Positions 9,156-17,811 of a stretch of 64,000 nt of DNA are shown here, piece by piece (within the stretch, counting starts at the first letter, position 1; every line of letters begins with the position of its first letter). Position numbers and translations under genes: made by a program. This DNA comes from Hyalangium minutum (GTDB lineage Bacteria > Myxococcota > Myxococcia > Myxococcales > Myxococcaceae), in the NCBI RefSeq assembly GCF_000737315.1, contig NZ_JMCB01000006.1, positions 124,001 to 188,000 of the forward strand, given 5' to 3'. The notes under the pieces were generated by a model. It did not search any database. It saw only the letters and a list, made by a program, of their open reading frames with translations, and was not told the DNA's origin.

Positions 9156-10991
9156 CTACCTCGCCGCCGGAAGCACCAGCCGGAAGACACTGCCTCCCGA
9201 GGGCCTCGGTGAGGCGGTGAGGTCCGCGCCCATGCGGCGCAGCAGCCGCCACGCCAGCGCGAGCCCGAAGTTCAGGCGCAAGGTGTCCCCGCTCTGTGAA
9301 TCGGCCTGGATGCGCGGGTCGAAGATCTCCGCGTGCCGCGCCTCACTCAGCGTGAGCAGGGAGTCCTCCAGTTGGATGAAGGCACGCCCATCCGCGTACC
9401 CAGCGAGGACCTTCAGCGGCACGGGCGGCTGGCCCTGGGGCAACGGGCTGGCCTCGCACAGGAAGGAGAGGATGCGCTTGAGGCTGGAGGTGAAGTCCTG
9501 CAGCCCCACCCACGCGAACACGGGCCCCGAAGTCTCTACCTGGAATGGCCGGCACAAGGTGGTATCGCGCACCTGGCGCTCCAGCAGCTCCGTGATGTCC
9601 ACCCGCGCGGCGGGCGACACCGGGCTCCCTCCCGACACGGCACGCAGCTCCTCGAGCAGGCGCTCCACGCGGCGGATGCCGTCCATGGCATCCACGGCCG
9701 ACTCCTCCACGTCCTGGATGGAGGTCTCCGTCTCGTGGCCCGCCGCGGTGAGCAGCTTGTGCGCCAGTTCCTTGCAGCGAGGGTCGTCCTTCTGGGAGAG
9801 CTCCTGCGCCGCGTCGCGGGCCGTGCGCCACAGGGACTTCACATCCTTCGAGTAAGAGGACAGCGCCTGCAAGCCGGCCTTGGTGAAGGCCAGGGGGTTG
9901 CTCAGCTCGTGCGTCACCCCGGCGGCCAGCTTGCCCACCGTGGCCAGCTTCTCGGCCTTCACCAGCTCCTCGCGCGTGGCCTCCAGGTCCTTCACGCGGG
10001 CCTCGAGCTCGCCGTTGAGGCGCGCCGTCTCCAGCGCCAGTGCGAGCTGCGCGGCGAACAGGCTGCCCCGCTGCAGCTCCGAGACCGAGAACCCTGGCTG
10101 GCCCACGCCGCGCAACAGGATGAGGCAGCCTGCGGGCGCATCTCCCACTTGCAGCGAGTACGCCAGCGCCGAGCCCAGCCGATCCACCGGCACGAAGGGC
10201 CAGTCGCGCGAGGTGCGCACCAGACACACGGGCTCCTGCGCCTGAATGGCCCGCCGGGACAGCTCCCGCAGCGCGAGGGGCGGCACCTCCAGCCCATCCG
10301 TGGAGGGGCAGATGCTCAGCTCGGCCTGCCCTCGCTCCGGCAGCAGCAACCGGAACGCCTGGTGCGGCACGAGGTCCAGCGTCAGCTCGCCCAGGTGCGC
10401 CAGCACCTCGGCACGGGTCCGCAGCGAGAGCAGCGCGCAGCTCACCTCGTACAGCGGCACCAGCGAGCGCAGGCGCCGCTTCTCCACCGCCCGGAGGATG
10501 AGGTGGCGCAGCTCGGCGATGTCATACGGCTTGCGGATGTAGTCGTACGCGCCCTGCTTCATGCAGGCCAGCGCCGTCTCCAGGCTCGCGTAGCCGGTGG
10601 CGACGATGATTTCCATGTCCGGGTCCAGCTCGCGCAGCGCGGACACCGTCTCCACGCCATTCATGCCCGGCATCTTCAAGTCGGTGATGGCCACGTCGAA
10701 GCGGCGGGTGCCCAGCAGCGACACCGCCGAGCGGCCCCCGTCCGCCGTCACCACCTCGAACTCGTTGGCGGGCAGCGAGAAGGCCAGCATCTCGCGCATG
10801 TCCGGCTCATCGTCGATGACGAGCACGGAGATGCCTCCTCCCGGGGTGAGCTCCTGCACGCTGCGCTTGGGGAGCGGCGAAGCGGAGGCGCCGCGGGACG
10901 CGGACGCGCCCCCGGCGAGGCTCTCGTCCCGGGTGGCAAACCGGCCCTCCCCAGGAGCCTCTGGCGACGGACCTATGAGCTTCACTTCCAT
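9156..10991 (-). CDS. REC-GAF-HisKA protein with degenerate ATPase domain (pseudokinase)
   Basis: REC intact (ITDLKMP); H-box THELSNP intact; N, G1, F and G2 boxes eroded (SSLKRILSFL, EDSLLTL, IFDPRI, LNFGLAL). Start placed at ATG 10991, overlapping the upstream stop. Confidence 0.85.
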   Translation of the reverse strand: MEVKLIGPSPEAPGEGRFATRDESLAGGASASRGASASPLPKRSVQELTPGGGISVLVIDDEPDMREMLAFSLPANEFEVVTADGGRSAVSLLGTRRFDVAITDLKMPGMNGVETVSALRELDPDMEIIVATGYASLETALACMKQGAYDYIRKPYDIAELRHLILRAVEKRRLRSLVPLYEVSCALLSLRTRAEVLAHLGELTLDLVPHQAFRLLLPERGQAELSICPSTDGLEVPPLALRELSRRAIQAQEPVCLVRTSRDWPFVPVDRLGSALAYSLQVGDAPAGCLILLRGVGQPGFSVSELQRGSLFAAQLALALETARLNGELEARVKDLEATREELVKAEKLATVGKLAAGVTHELSNPLAFTKAGLQALSSYSKDVKSLWRTARDAAQELSQKDDPRCKELAHKLLTAAGHETETSIQDVEESAVDAMDGIRRVERLLEELRAVSGGSPVSPAARVDITELLERQVRDTTLCRPFQVETSGPVFAWVGLQDFTSSLKRILSFLCEASPLPQGQPPVPLKVLAGYADGRAFIQLEDSLLTLSEARHAEIFDPRIQADSQSGDTLRLNFGLALAWRLLRRMGADLTASPRPSGGSVFRLVLPAAR

Positions 10992-13159
10992 GCGGTCGCC
11001 TCCATGCGGTGCGCCTGGGGGGGCGCTCCTGCCGCCGGAAGCCACAGCCGGACCGTCGTCCCGGCTCCCGGAGATGTCTTCACGTCGAGGGCACCTCCGT
11101 GCGCCTCGACAATGTTCCTTGTAATGGACAATCCGAGCCCTGTCCCCTGTCCGACGGGCTTGGTGGTGAAGAATGGATCGAAGGCGCGCAGAAGCACCTC
11201 CTCGGACATACCGCTGCCGGTGTCCGTCACCACGAGTTCCACCCCGCCCCCTGGGGCCACCGGCTGGGCGCTCACCTGCACGGCCCCCCCGCTCGGTGTC
11301 GCGTCCAGCGCGTTGGTAATCAGGTTGAGCAAGGCAGACTCGATTTCCTGGACGCTGACTTCCAGCTCGGGCAGCTCCGGAGAGGGGGGGAGTACCTCAA
11401 AGGAGACCCCCGCCCGGTTCGCTTGACCACGCACCAGCTCCGTTACCCTCTCGAAGAGAACGGCCACCGCCACGCGCTCGCGGATGGGGACCTTCTTGCG
11501 CGAGAAGTCCAGCAGCGCCCGGACGAGCTGGGCACAGCGCTGGGCCTGCCGCTCGATGGAGGCCACCGCACCCCGGACACTGTCCTCCAGGGTATTGCGC
11601 CGCGCCAGCCCTTGGGCGTAGCCGATGATGATGCCCAGCGGGTTGTTGAGCTCGTGCGAGAGCCCCGCGACGAGCGTGCCCATGGCGGCCATCTTCTCCG
11701 ACTGGACGAGGGACTCGCGCAGCCGCTTCACCTCGCGCTGATCCCTCATGATGAAGAGATACCCCATGGGCTGGCCGGCCGCGTCCGCGATGCGTGTCAC
11801 CTGCAACTGTACCAGGACGGGCCCCGCCTCCCGGCTCGTGAGGGTGACCTCCGCCTCGGCGGGCTGGCCGGTGGCGCTGGCGCGGGTGATGAGCTCGGAG
11901 ATGGCCTCCCGGGCCCCCGCGGCCACCATCGGGGCCAGGAAGGAGCTCTCGGCAAGCTGCTCCAGGCGCCACCCGAAGAGGCCCTCCGCGGCCTGATTCC
12001 AGACGCGCGCCTTGCCCTGGAGATCCATCAGCGCGATGGCGCTCGGGGCGGCGGAGGTGATGTGGGCCAGCAGGGCGGCCTTGTCTCGCGAGCGCTCCAG
12101 CTCCGCGGTGCGCTGCTCCAGCCGCTCGAGCATCTCGTCGAAGGTGCGGGCAATGGAGCCCAGCTCGTCCCGGGACCGGAGCCGGATGCGCTGGCTCAGG
12201 TCGCCTTCGTCGACGATGCGCCGCATGGTGTCCTCGATGCGCTCCAGCGGGTGCAGCAGGCTGCGGGTCCCCCAGACGATCACCACCGCGAACAGCACGG
12301 CCAGCAGCGCTCCGGCGCCCACCATCTGCTGGCGCAGCTCCTGGAGCGGCAGGGTGAGCCTCTCGGCGGGCACGGAGAGCACCAGGGACCAGTGCAGCGC
12401 GTGCTGGAGGGGGAAGCCCTTCAGCGGCTCGACCAGGTAGATGGTGTCCTCCTGCTGGAAGGTGGTCTGCACGGGGGTGGGACCCAGGCTCCGGACCTTC
12501 TCCAGCGCCTCCGAGGGAATGAACCCGAACAGCGGCCCCTGGCCGGAGAACAGGGCTGCCTCGAGACCGCTCCTCAGGGCAACCTCCTGCAGATGGGAGA
12601 GGTCTAACTCGGACACCACCGCCCCCTCGGCGTGCTCCTGGTAGAGGACGGGAACGGCGAACAGCAGGTGCGTGTGGTCCTCTCGCTGGGTGACGGTGAG
12701 GACGCGCTTCCCGTCCTGCACCTGCGGCCACCAGGGCTCGTCGGCGAAGTGCACGGCATGCGCGGGGCTGTCCGCCGGCACCCTGTTGCGGGCGATGGTG
12801 CGCCCCGCGAAGTCCACCAGCCACACGTCCGTCTGGTCCCCGCCCAGGCCGGGCAGCTCCAGCCGCTGCATGAAGGGCACCAGGTAGTCACCGCGCCCCA
12901 TCGGGTCGATGACGCTGTTGACCATGAACGTGTTGGAGGCCAGCGACTTCATGAAGTCCCACTTGAGGGTCAGCTGGGCCTCGATGTCGTTGGAGACGGT
13001 GACAGCCGTCAGCTGGAGCTGCTGCTCGATCTTCTCCGCGAGCGCCTCCCTCGCTTTGCCCGAGACAGTGGCGACGAGCACCCCTACGGTGGCCACGTCG
13101 ATCAGGAAGAAGAACAGGAGGATCTTTCCCTGAAGGCTTCGGAAGAAGCGCACGGCCAC
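10982..13159 (-). CDS. Membrane sensor histidine kinase (periplasmic Cache-like, HAMP, PAS, HisKA, HATPase)
   Basis: Two TMs flanking a periplasmic domain; HAMP PLERIEDTMRRI...RDELG; PAS; SHELNNP; NLITNA; DTGSGM; GTGLGL. Confidence 0.92.
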   Translation of the reverse strand: MAVRFFRSLQGKILLFFFLIDVATVGVLVATVSGKAREALAEKIEQQLQLTAVTVSNDIEAQLTLKWDFMKSLASNTFMVNSVIDPMGRGDYLVPFMQRLELPGLGGDQTDVWLVDFAGRTIARNRVPADSPAHAVHFADEPWWPQVQDGKRVLTVTQREDHTHLLFAVPVLYQEHAEGAVVSELDLSHLQEVALRSGLEAALFSGQGPLFGFIPSEALEKVRSLGPTPVQTTFQQEDTIYLVEPLKGFPLQHALHWSLVLSVPAERLTLPLQELRQQMVGAGALLAVLFAVVIVWGTRSLLHPLERIEDTMRRIVDEGDLSQRIRLRSRDELGSIARTFDEMLERLEQRTAELERSRDKAALLAHITSAAPSAIALMDLQGKARVWNQAAEGLFGWRLEQLAESSFLAPMVAAGAREAISELITRASATGQPAEAEVTLTSREAGPVLVQLQVTRIADAAGQPMGYLFIMRDQREVKRLRESLVQSEKMAAMGTLVAGLSHELNNPLGIIIGYAQGLARRNTLEDSVRGAVASIERQAQRCAQLVRALLDFSRKKVPIRERVAVAVLFERVTELVRGQANRAGVSFEVLPPSPELPELEVSVQEIESALLNLITNALDATPSGGAVQVSAQPVAPGGGVELVVTDTGSGMSEEVLLRAFDPFFTTKPVGQGTGLGLSITRNIVEAHGGALDVKTSPGAGTTVRLWLPAAGAPPQAHRMEATAWK

Positions 13160-13162
13160 CTC

Positions 13163-14347
13163 CTAGGGCGCGGAGGGCACCAGGACGCCCTCGGAAGTGA
13201 AGGTGGTGAGCTGGTAGTCGGAGAGCTCCAGCGCCTCGTGGCGCGTGGGGGTGAAGGCGGGCTGATACGTGCGGATGAGTCCTTTATGAGGCCCGAGCTG
13301 TTCCAGGGCGTCGCGGACCTTCGGCCGATCCGTGGTGCCCGCCTTCTTGATGGCCAGCGCCAGCAGCCACACGGCGTCATACGCGTGCGCCGTCCCTACC
13401 GGCGCGGAGATGTCCTCGGCCCGCGTCGTCCCGAACATCTGGTGGTAGGCGGTGAGGAAGTCCTGGGTCCGCTTGTCCTTGGCGCCCACGAAGGAGAACG
13501 TCTGGAACACGGAGAGCTCGACCTCGGAGAGGGCCGGCCCCGCCATCGCCACGAAGCTCCCACCCGAGAGGCCCCAGTGCGCATAGAGGGGCACGCGCTT
13601 GTCCTGGGGCCTGCGCGCCATGCTCTTGATGGCGTTGCTGCCCTCCGGGGCGTTGGCCACCAGGAGGATGGCCTGGGCGCCCATGCGCTCGAGCGCGGCG
13701 ACCTGTGCGTCCATGTTCTCGTCGGCCCAGTTGAACCACTGCACGCCTGCGGGCGTCAGCTTGCGCCGGGCCAGCGCCTCGCTCATGGCCTTCTCATTGC
13801 TCCGGCCCCACGCGCTGCGCTCCAGCAACAGCCCGAGCTGGGTCCGCCCCGGCTTCAGCGCCTTGGAGACCAGGAACTCCCCCACGAGCGAATCCTGGGC
13901 GGAGACCCGGAAGGTGTAGCTGGGTGTCTCGCCGTGATCGATGAGCTCCTTGGTGGACGCCCACGTCCCCATGAACACGAGCTGCCGCCGGTGGATGTAC
14001 GGGAGGCTCGTGAGGAAGGCGGCGCCGTGCAGCCCCCCCAGCACGGCCACGAGGTTCGGCATGTCCGCGAGCTCGGGGAGCTGGGACTCGGCCCGAGCGG
14101 GCACGCCGTGGTGGTCTCTCACCACGAGCTCCAGCTTGCGTCCGCCCAGGAGGCCGCCCTGGCCGTTGATCTCGGAGATGGCCAGCAGCGCCCCGCGGCG
14201 GACGGCCTCTCCCGCCATGGCCGAGCCGGAGCTCATGTCCGCGTGAAGCCCCAGGACAATCGGAGGCCTGTCGAGAGGCTTGTCCTGCGCGCCCGCAACC
14301 CCCGCCACCAGCAGGGCCGCGCACAGCATCCACCCCAGTCGTTGCAT
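13163..14347 (-). CDS. Periplasmic solute-binding protein (branched-chain amino acid / Peripla_BP_6 type)
   Basis: Signal peptide from ATG 14347; motifs EINGQGGLLGGRKLELVVRD, YTFRVSAQD, AHAYDAVWLLA. No ABC permease or ATPase nearby. Confidence 0.88.
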   Translation of the reverse strand: MQRLGWMLCAALLVAGVAGAQDKPLDRPPIVLGLHADMSSGSAMAGEAVRRGALLAISEINGQGGLLGGRKLELVVRDHHGVPARAESQLPELADMPNLVAVLGGLHGAAFLTSLPYIHRRQLVFMGTWASTKELIDHGETPSYTFRVSAQDSLVGEFLVSKALKPGRTQLGLLLERSAWGRSNEKAMSEALARRKLTPAGVQWFNWADENMDAQVAALERMGAQAILLVANAPEGSNAIKSMARRPQDKRVPLYAHWGLSGGSFVAMAGPALSEVELSVFQTFSFVGAKDKRTQDFLTAYHQMFGTTRAEDISAPVGTAHAYDAVWLLALAIKKAGTTDRPKVRDALEQLGPHKGLIRTYQPAFTPTRHEALELSDYQLTTFTSEGVLVPSAP

Positions 14348-14526
14348 GTACGCCCCCTGGGTCGCCCGTCCCAAGCCCCACCTGTCCTGAGTGCCAGCGG
14401 TGATAACGCGTCTTCTCGCGAGGTGCAGCCACCTCGCTTCCCCCGGGTCTTCTGACCGACACCCACAATGTATCAGGTCCAATCCCGAGCCCTGCAAGCC
14501 GCCGGGGTCCCCGCTATGGTGGGGAC

Positions 14527-15366
14527 GTGAGCCCGCCCCGCTTCGTCCCCGGTCATGAGCCCCCCACCCGCCGCCGCGAAGAGGCCTTCCTGTTTGCCGC
14601 CCAGGGCCTGGAGCTCCTCATCGAGGAGCGGGAGGGCGGCGTGGCCATCCCCCAGGGTGCTCGCCTGCCGGAGCTCGCCGAGGGCGCGCACTTCATCGGC
14701 ACGCTGGATGGGGTGGACTGCTACGCCGCCAGCTGGCCGAAGGGAAAGGAGCCCCCCACGGGGCTGAAGCTCATCGGCGGGCGCAACCTGTTCCGGCAGG
14801 TGGACGAGGAGCTGCTGTTCGTCGCGGGCCGCGCGCTGGCCATCGCCGAGTGGGATGTCACTCACCGCTTCTGCGGCCGCTGTGCCACGCCCACGGACCT
14901 GGTGCCCGGCGAGCGCGCGCGCCGCTGCCCCGCGTGCCACACGCCCTTCTATCCGCGCATCTCGCCTGCGGTCATCGTGCTGGTGACCCGGGGGGACAGC
15001 GTCCTGCTGGCCCGCTCCGCCAGCTTCCCGGACGCCTTCTTCAGCACGCTCGCGGGCTTCGTGGAGCCGGGCGAGTCGCTCGAGGAGACGGTGCACCGCG
15101 AGGTGAAGGAGGAGGTGGGGGTGGAGCTGAAGAACCTGCGCTACTTCGGCAGCCAGCCGTGGCCCTTCGGGCGCTCGCTCATGGTGGGCTACACCGCCGA
15201 GTACGCGGGCGGCGAGCTGCACGTGGACGACAAGGAGATTGCCGAGGCCGGCTGGTTCACCGTGGACACCCTCCCCCGCATCCCCCCGCGCCTGAGCATC
15301 GCGCGCCACCTCATCGACTCGTGGGTGGAGCGGATGAAGGGGAAGGCCGGCCCCTCGGGGAGCTAG
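14527..15366 (+). CDS. nudC: NAD(+)/NADH diphosphatase NudC
   Basis: Zn ribbon FCGRC...CPAC, YPRISPAVIV, Nudix box GFVEPGESLEETVHREVKEEVG, SQPWPF. Confidence 0.95.
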   Translation: MSPPRFVPGHEPPTRRREEAFLFAAQGLELLIEEREGGVAIPQGARLPELAEGAHFIGTLDGVDCYAASWPKGKEPPTGLKLIGGRNLFRQVDEELLFVAGRALAIAEWDVTHRFCGRCATPTDLVPGERARRCPACHTPFYPRISPAVIVLVTRGDSVLLARSASFPDAFFSTLAGFVEPGESLEETVHREVKEEVGVELKNLRYFGSQPWPFGRSLMVGYTAEYAGGELHVDDKEIAEAGWFTVDTLPRIPPRLSIARHLIDSWVERMKGKAGPSGS

Positions 15367-15469
15367 GGGCGGAGCGCCTGCCTGTCAGGCGCGTGGAACG
15401 TCCCGGGTCAGCCAAGCGGTTGGAATCCTCCGGGGACCGTGCTTAAAAGCGCCCCCCGCTCGCCCTCCC

Positions 15470-16162
15470 ATGCTTGCCGCGCGTCCTCATATCCAGCCCC
15501 GCCGCACACCCACCGCGGACTCCGTGATGGTGAAGGAGATCTACCTCTCCGTGCAGGGCGAGTCTTCCCACGCGGGCCTGCTGTGCTCCTTCGTGCGCCT
15601 CACCGGCTGCCACCTGCGCTGCACCTACTGCGACAGCGAGTTCGCCTTCCGGGGCGGCACCCGCATGAAGAACGCCGAGGTGGTGGAGCAGGTGAAGGCC
15701 CTGCGCGCCCCGCTGGTGGAGGTGACGGGCGGCGAGCCCCTGCTCCAGCCCGGCGTGTACCCGCTCATGGAGGCCCTGCTCGCCGAGGGCCTCACCGTGC
15801 TGCTGGAGACGAGCGGCGCCATCGACGTGCGGCTGGTGCCCCCGGCCGTGCACAAGATCGTCGACATGAAGACGCCCTCCTCGGGCGAGTGCGACCGGAA
15901 CGACTTCGGCAACTTCACCTCGATGAACGCCAACGACGAGCTGAAGTTCGTCATCGGCAGCCGGGCGGACTACGACTGGGCGCGCGCGCTCATCACCGAG
16001 CACCGCCTGCTGGACAAGCCCTTCGGGCTGCTGTTCTCCACCGTGTTCGGCAAGCTGCACCCGCGCGAGCTGTCCGAGTGGATCATCGAGGACCGGCTGC
16101 CCGTGCGCTTCCAGCTCCAGCTGCACAAGTACGTGTGGGACCCTGCTGCCCGGGGCGTGTGA
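15470..16162 (+). CDS. queE: 7-carboxy-7-deazaguanine synthase (radical SAM, QueE)
   Basis: EIYLSVQGES, FVRLTGCHLRCTYCD, VTGGEPLLQ, LETSG, FQLQLHKY. Confidence 0.92.
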   Translation: MLAARPHIQPRRTPTADSVMVKEIYLSVQGESSHAGLLCSFVRLTGCHLRCTYCDSEFAFRGGTRMKNAEVVEQVKALRAPLVEVTGGEPLLQPGVYPLMEALLAEGLTVLLETSGAIDVRLVPPAVHKIVDMKTPSSGECDRNDFGNFTSMNANDELKFVIGSRADYDWARALITEHRLLDKPFGLLFSTVFGKLHPRELSEWIIEDRLPVRFQLQLHKYVWDPAARGV

Positions 16163-16175
16163 GCGCGCTCACCGC

Positions 16176-16619
16176 TCACCACCGGCCGCGGCGGGCGATG
16201 AAGGAGACCAGCAGCCCAACCCACGCCAGCACCAGCAACCCGTTCACCACGCCCAACCCCAGCGCGAGCCAGGCCTGCCCTGCGCCGCCAACGGCTCCTT
16301 GGCTCTCGCGGATCCGGCGCCGCTCTCGCGTGCCGACCCACAGTCCAAGCACGGACATCACCAGGTTCTGCAGCGGCAGGGCCCCCAGCAGCGGGAAGGT
16401 GACGAGGACAAGGACGTTGAGCGCGAGGATGACCTTCATCCTCCGGGGCGGCACGGCGCCCTTGTGCAGCAACGCGAGGCAGCTGGCGCAGGAGGCCGCC
16501 TCTCCCAGGAGCTCGGTGCAGGCGCCGCACAGGAAGGTGCCGCAGCGCGCGCAGGAGGCCACCGCGGCGGCCTCGGGGTGATTCGCGCAGCGCGCGCCAG
16601 CCGGCTCGGGCGTGAGCAT
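16176..16619 (-). CDS. B-box-like zinc-finger membrane protein
   Basis: CANH...CARCGTFLCGAC...CASC followed by hydrophobic segments. Confidence 0.7.
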   Translation of the reverse strand: MLTPEPAGARCANHPEAAAVASCARCGTFLCGACTELLGEAASCASCLALLHKGAVPPRRMKVILALNVLVLVTFPLLGALPLQNLVMSVLGLWVGTRERRRIRESQGAVGGAGQAWLALGLGVVNGLLVLAWVGLLVSFIARRGRW

Positions 16620-16655
16620 TCACCACCTCCAGCGCCAGGAGCCGAAGCCCAGGCC

Positions 16656-16934
16656 TCAGTAGTCCGGCGGGTACCCCACCATCACCCGCGTCACCCCATG
16701 GGCGCCCAGGCCCAGGAAGACGGCGGCCAGCACCGAGCAGCCGAAGAAGCCCGCGAGGATGAGGTTCTTGCGCGGGTGCTCGAACTGGCTGAACGCGTAG
16801 AAGAGGATGTAGCAGGGGATGAGCAGCACCATCATCCCCGTGCCCACGCTGCGACGGAACGCGTGGATGAACAGGAAGACGGCGCAGACGAGCGTCACGA
16901 GCCCAAACAGAGTGGCGAGCGGCAGGAGCGGCAC
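16656..16934 (-). CDS. Small membrane protein of unknown function
   Basis: Three hydrophobic segments; GC3-biased codons. Confidence 0.7.
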   Translation of the reverse strand: MPLLPLATLFGLVTLVCAVFLFIHAFRRSVGTGMMVLLIPCYILFYAFSQFEHPRKNLILAGFFGCSVLAAVFLGLGAHGVTRVMVGYPPDY

Positions 16935-17026
16935 GATAGGCCACAGATAACACGGTCCAGGCTTTGCGGCGGCCCCAAGCGCATATAAATGACGCTCACC
17001 CGCCCTCCTTCCGAGGTACCCCTGCC

Positions 17027-17338
17027 ATGGACAAGCTCAAGACAGTGCTCCTCTTCACGCTCGTGGGCGGGCTGATCGGCAACGTGGTGGCCACCTTCAC
17101 GAACCGCAGCTACCAGGTGTGGAACAACACCACGCCGCTGGCCACGGAGACGAAGTGCAACCTGCCGCAGGTGGTGCACGACGTCACCACGGAGCTCATC
17201 CACGCCCAGGCCCTCGGCGCGGGCATCGGCGCGCTCGTCTTCCTGGTGCTGGGCATCGTCTTCGTCCAGGCCCGCGCCAAGAAGCAGCGCGCCACCCCGC
17301 CCGCGCCCCCGGCCGCGCCCACGCCCACGGCGGGCTGA
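17027..17338 (+). CDS. Small two-TM membrane protein with Pro/Ala-rich tail
   Basis: MDKLKTVLLFTLVGGLIG from ATG 17027; second TM GAGIGALVFLVLGIVF. Confidence 0.7.
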   Translation: MDKLKTVLLFTLVGGLIGNVVATFTNRSYQVWNNTTPLATETKCNLPQVVHDVTTELIHAQALGAGIGALVFLVLGIVFVQARAKKQRATPPAPPAAPTPTAG

Positions 17339-17342
17339 GCCT

Positions 17343-17726
17343 CTACGGGCGCGGGTGGACCTGGACCGTCGTCGAGCCGCTCAGCGAGGAGCCCTCTCCG
17401 TCGCGGATGTTCACCCTGAGCAGGAAGCTCGTCACTTTGGTGACCTCGGGCGCGATCCAGGTCGGCTCCCCCACCTCGGGGTTGCTGTACGTCCCCGCGG
17501 GCTCCGACGGCGACTGGATCCACCGGTAGCGCAGCTCATCCCCATCCTCGTCCGTCACCACCAGGTGCATCTGCACCTCGGTCCCGGAGACCACGTCCTT
17601 CATGGAAGGCTCGGGGCCCGCGGAGACGATGGGATTGTGGTTGGGAGGCCCGTAGCCACACCCCGTCCCCAGCACTCCCAGCAGCAGCAGCGACGCACCA
17701 CCCCGATGCGAGAAGAACGATTTCAT
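17343..17726 (-). CDS. Lipoprotein with one Ig-like (PKD/REJ-type) domain
   Basis: Lipobox GTGC; NHNP...VTDEDGDELRYRW...PTWIAP pattern. Confidence 0.7.
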   Translation of the reverse strand: MKSFFSHRGGASLLLLGVLGTGCGYGPPNHNPIVSAGPEPSMKDVVSGTEVQMHLVVTDEDGDELRYRWIQSPSEPAGTYSNPEVGEPTWIAPEVTKVTSFLLRVNIRDGEGSSLSGSTTVQVHPRP

Positions 17727-17811
17727 GAGAGCCGGCCCTCCAGCGCGGTGAGTAGGAGCCGCACTTTAGTGCCTGCCCCCCACCCCCGCATCTGCCTCCG
17801 GGCAGGGGATG

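Noticed and set aside
15367-15469. Possible preQ1 riboswitch upstream of queE
   Set aside because: No preQ1-like stem with an A-rich 3' tail; only a short GCGCCTG/CAGGCGC hairpin is present.
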